This document shows positions 60,114 to 64,000 of a stretch of DNA of 64,000 bases, piece after piece. The translations under genes were made by a program, and so were the position numbers. The stretch's first letter is position 1. Each line of letters starts with the position of its first letter. The notes beneath the pieces were generated by a model that was given only the letters and a program-made list of their open reading frames with translations, made no database searches and was not told where the DNA came from. Source of the stretch: Octopus vulgaris (lineage: Eukaryota); contig OX597830.1 in assembly GCA_951406725.2 (NCBI GenBank), positions 77,500,001-77,564,000 of the forward strand, written 5' to 3'.

Positions 60114-60404
60114 TATGTATATACGTATGTATGTGAGCGTTTGCATATATGTTTGCATGTATGTATGCATGCATGCATGTATGTATGCATAAATCTATGC
60201 ATGCTTGTCTTTGTGTTTGTATTGGTCACCAACCACCGCTTGGCAACTGGAATTGGTTTGTTCGCGTCCCTGCAACTTTGCGATTCGACAAACGTAACTG
60301 GAAGAATAACTATCAAGCTTAGAAAATAAGTACTCGAATGGATTTCTTCGACCAAAACCCTTTCGAGGTAGTGCCCAAGCATGCCTGCTCGCTAACAGCT
60401 GAAA

Positions 60405-60735
60405 CTTCCTTTTCTTTTCGTCGCCCTTTTCAAGCCTAGGTTTCACGGTTTCTGTGGCGTATGTGTTACCCCCCAGCTGGACGGGACGCCAGTCCATCGC
60501 AGCGTTACTCAAAAAACAGGAAGTGAGAGTGAGAGAAAGTTGTGGCGAAAGAGTACAACAGGGGTCACCACCACCCCTTGCCGGAGCCTCGTGGAGCTCT
60601 TTTAGGTGTTTTCGCTCAATAAACACACACAACGCCCGGTCTGGGAATCGAAACCGCTTTCTTATTTGGATTAACTACATATATATATCCTCCGACCGCG
60701 TGTCCGCTGCCCTAACCACTGGGCCATTGCACCTC
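60405..60735 (-). mobile_element. Chimeric SINE: family D head and body with a different tail, nested in an old family A SINE
   Basis: TSD AACAGCTGAAA at 60394-404 and 60736-46; tail CTGCGATGGACTGGCGTCCCGTCCAG...GCCACAGAAACCG. Confidence 0.88.
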
Positions 60736-61195
60736 AACAGCTGAAAATAGTACAAGAAAAAGATAAATAACAACAATAGCATTATCATCGCCCCCTGACT
60801 GCAATCAGCACCACACCTAAACGCGAACCTACCATCCGATACTCACAAATACTCATTCAACACATACCCACACGGTTGTTGTCACCAACATAGCTACTCC
60901 ATCATAGTCTGATGCGAAACAGTGACCCTTATATAAGCAGGGTGATATAGTGACACATTCACCATGGTGGATGGCGTCAATTATAGAATAATTAACACCC
61001 GCGTCGTTAAAGAGACGAAGCAAATTAAGAATGGGAGGAGACGGGAGGGGTATGATGAGGGTGGTGTAGGTGGTGGGGGGTAGAAAAGAGAGATAAATAA
61101 ATAATATAATAAAAAATGAAAGAAATGAGGGCAAATAATATACATACATATGTATATACATATATATATAATATGTATGTATATATATATGTATG

Positions 61196-61263
<68 letters not shown>

Positions 61264-61304
61264 CATGCATGCATGTATGTATGTATGTATGTATGTATGT
61301 AATA

Positions 61305-61910
61305 GTGGGTCATCCCATAAATGATGCGGTTTTTATACTTCTGTTATTTTTCAAAATTAAGATGAACAAAGTTCTTTTTTAATCTAAAATATGTTCTTCG
61401 TTTTCTACAATGCTCTTCCACCTATCTGGTAGACTTGCAAGGCCCGTCTTACAAAATTCATCTGTCCGTGGCGAAAAATACTTCTCCAGTACAGTTCTGA
61501 CCTCGTCTACAAAATTCGTAGTTTTTCTGTCCAAGTGATTTTGAAGATTTCAGAATAAATGATAATCGGGTGGGGCAATGTCCAGCGAATATGGTGACTG
61601 GAGTATCGTTTCCCATTCAAGCTGTTCCAGTCTTTAGAATGTCATTCTCGCTGTATGAAGCTGGACATTATCCTGATGGAATAAAACGCCTTTCGTTTTG
61701 AAACCAAGGATAGTCGCTTTTCTTCTAGCGCTGACTTGAGAAACTGATTGAATGATCAAATCCAAGGTTCTCAACAGATACGATGGGATTTGTTCCACCA
61801 GGACGTCCGCGTCGAGCTCTACAGATCTTCAAGGACGAGGTTCATCTTTTAGGCTATAGTTTCTAGGCCATAGTTTCCTGCTCGGAATGCTTGGATCCAC
61901 CGTTAACACT
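61305..61910 (-). mobile_element. Mariner (DD34D-type) relic: right TIR, C-terminus, and N-terminal piece joined by an internal deletion
   Basis: TIR GGGTCATCCCATAAATGATGCGG matches 13467; VLFHQDNVQLH...SPYSLDIAPPDYHLF...LPDRWKSIVE; upstream FRAGNY...LKDEPRP. Confidence 0.88.
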
Positions 61911-62177
61911 TTTGTCGAAAAATTACAAAAATTACAAAAATTACGAAAATTGATTCCAGGTGAGAATTCGATCGAAAAAGTGAATAAAATCGTTTTTCTA
62001 TGGCATAGAAAAAAGTCTATCTTTATTTCTCTTGCTGGTGTCTCAAATGTATGTTAAATCAGTGTTTCTCAAAGGGGAGGCCTGTGGGACGGTCGGACAA
62101 GTTGCTTTGGGAAAATTTTGTTTAAATGTTTGACAACTCAGCCAGCGTCCATTGGACGGGGGGGGGGCGTTTTGCTC

Positions 62178-62289
<112 letters not shown>

Positions 62290-62320
62290 CACATACACAA
62301 CGACACACACGCACACGCAT

Positions 62321-62722
62321 CTTTTATCTTTTACTGATTTCAGTCATTTGAATGCGGCCATGCTGGTGCACCGTCTTGAAGGGTTTTTGTTGAACAAATA
62401 TACTCTAGACTTCCTTTTTTTTTAAGCCTAATACTTATTCTCTGGGATCTATGTTGCCGAACCGCTAAGTTAAGGAGACCTAGACACACCAACACTATTT
62501 GTCGAAAGATGATGGGAAACAAGCACAGTCAGAAATACACACATACAAACACAGATACGAGCACATACATATGTATATATATATGACATGCTACTATCTG
62601 TTTCCGTCTACCACTCACAAATCTACTCACACGGCTTTGGTCGTCCCTAGGCTATAGTGGAAGACACACGCTGAAGGTGCGACGCAGTTAGGACTGAATC
62701 CAGGAACGTGTGACAGGGAAGC
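62321..62722 (-). mobile_element. SINE family A, diverged
   Basis: Reverse complement of tail, body and head. Confidence 0.8.
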
Positions 62723-63011
62723 GCAAACGTTCTTCTGGGGTAAGAAGTTTGCTGCCCAGCCAAATAGTTCTGGGTTCAGTTCCACTGCGTGGCATGTAGG
62801 GTCGACCGACCAAAGCCTTGTGAGGGAATTGGTACAGGGAAACAGTATCGTGTATCGTGTCGAATATATACATATATACGTCCCTGTAATTTAGCGTCAT
62901 ATATATATATATATCAGCAATAAACACAATAACGAAAACAACACGGGAGGGACAACAGAAGCATAAATAAGCTTTATTGTAAGGCTATACGTACATTCAC
63001 ACATACCTTTG

Positions 63012-63185
63012 TATTCCTTTCTACTCCAGGCATACGCCCCGAAATTTCGTGGGTGGGGAGGGCCAGTTAATTAGATCGACTCCAATACGCAACTAGTACT
63101 TAGTTTATCGATTCACCCCCCGCCGAAAGGGTAGAAGGCAAAGTCGACCTCGGCGGAATTTGAACTCAGAACGTTGCGACAGAGG
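63012..63185 (-). mobile_element. SINE family B, partial
   Basis: GGCAAAGTCGACCTCGGCGGAATTTGAACTCAGAACG. Confidence 0.82.
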
Positions 63186-63373
63186 AAATAACAAATACAT
63201 TTATATTAATACATGTACGTGGGTTTGCATGTATATGTATGCTCATGATTGTGTAAACACACACACACACATACACACACACATATACGTATATATATTT
63301 GTGTGTATATATCTATATATATTTACATATATACATACATATGCATATATATTTAGATACAAACACACACACA

Positions 63374-63414
<41 letters not shown>

Positions 63415-63849
63415 GAATGGAGTTGAACGACGAATTAACAAAATTCTCTGATGTGAATTTGCTACCCAGGTATCGGTTAACCGAATTATCCATAACAAGA
63501 TAATTCATTCTACTACTTATATATATATATATATATATGCTCGCATGGGTGTGTATTTGTGTGTTTGGGGTATGTGGGCGTGTGTGTGTGTGTCTGTGCA
63601 TGTGTGTGTGTACCTGTCTGTAGTTCCATTTGTCATTCGTCGAGATAATTATCGTTCTTTTAATCTATATAGTCTTCTGCCTATCTTTTCATCTAACGGC
63701 TCTTCACCCTCAGTATCGCCGTTTCTTTCACTTTACATATATGCATACATACATACATAAATACATACATACATACATACATACATACATACATACATAC
63801 ATACATACATGTATATACACACACATATGTATATATACATACATATACA

Positions 63850-63890
<41 letters not shown>

Positions 63891-64000
63891 GTGTACATAC
63901 ACTCACAGACACACATGTATGTATACGACACGTTGACGTGTATTTGTATGATATTTGATTCGCATCATCACAGATACATACACTAACTCACATATACACG

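Overview
AT-rich eukaryotic intronic or intergenic DNA saturated with microsatellites ((TA)n, (CA)n, (TACA)n, (TAGA)n, (TAA)n). The repeat families strongly suggest an octopus (coleoid cephalopod) genome; this is recognition from memory, not a database result. I could not support any host protein-coding exon, and nearly all ORFs in the track are microsatellite translations. The real coding relics are all transposons: a 5'-truncated RTE-clade LINE (23649-26378) flanked by a ~65-70 bp duplication, a 5'-truncated R4/Dong-like RLE LINE inside a (TAA)n tract (43969-45566), a CR1-like LINE 3' end, a second RTE 3' stub, three mariner relics and a Tc1-like element with DD36E/37E spacing. Non-coding mobile DNA includes four tRNA-derived SINE groups that swap head and tail modules, non-autonomous Helitron pieces and MITEs. 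The least obvious signal is a set of about ten short elements, mostly next to (TA)n, that carry type-I hammerhead-ribozyme-like motifs (Penelope pseudo-LTR or retrozyme-like). One ~810 bp foldback carries a hammerhead on each strand in circularly permuted arms. A 100-N assembly gap lies at 48814-48913.
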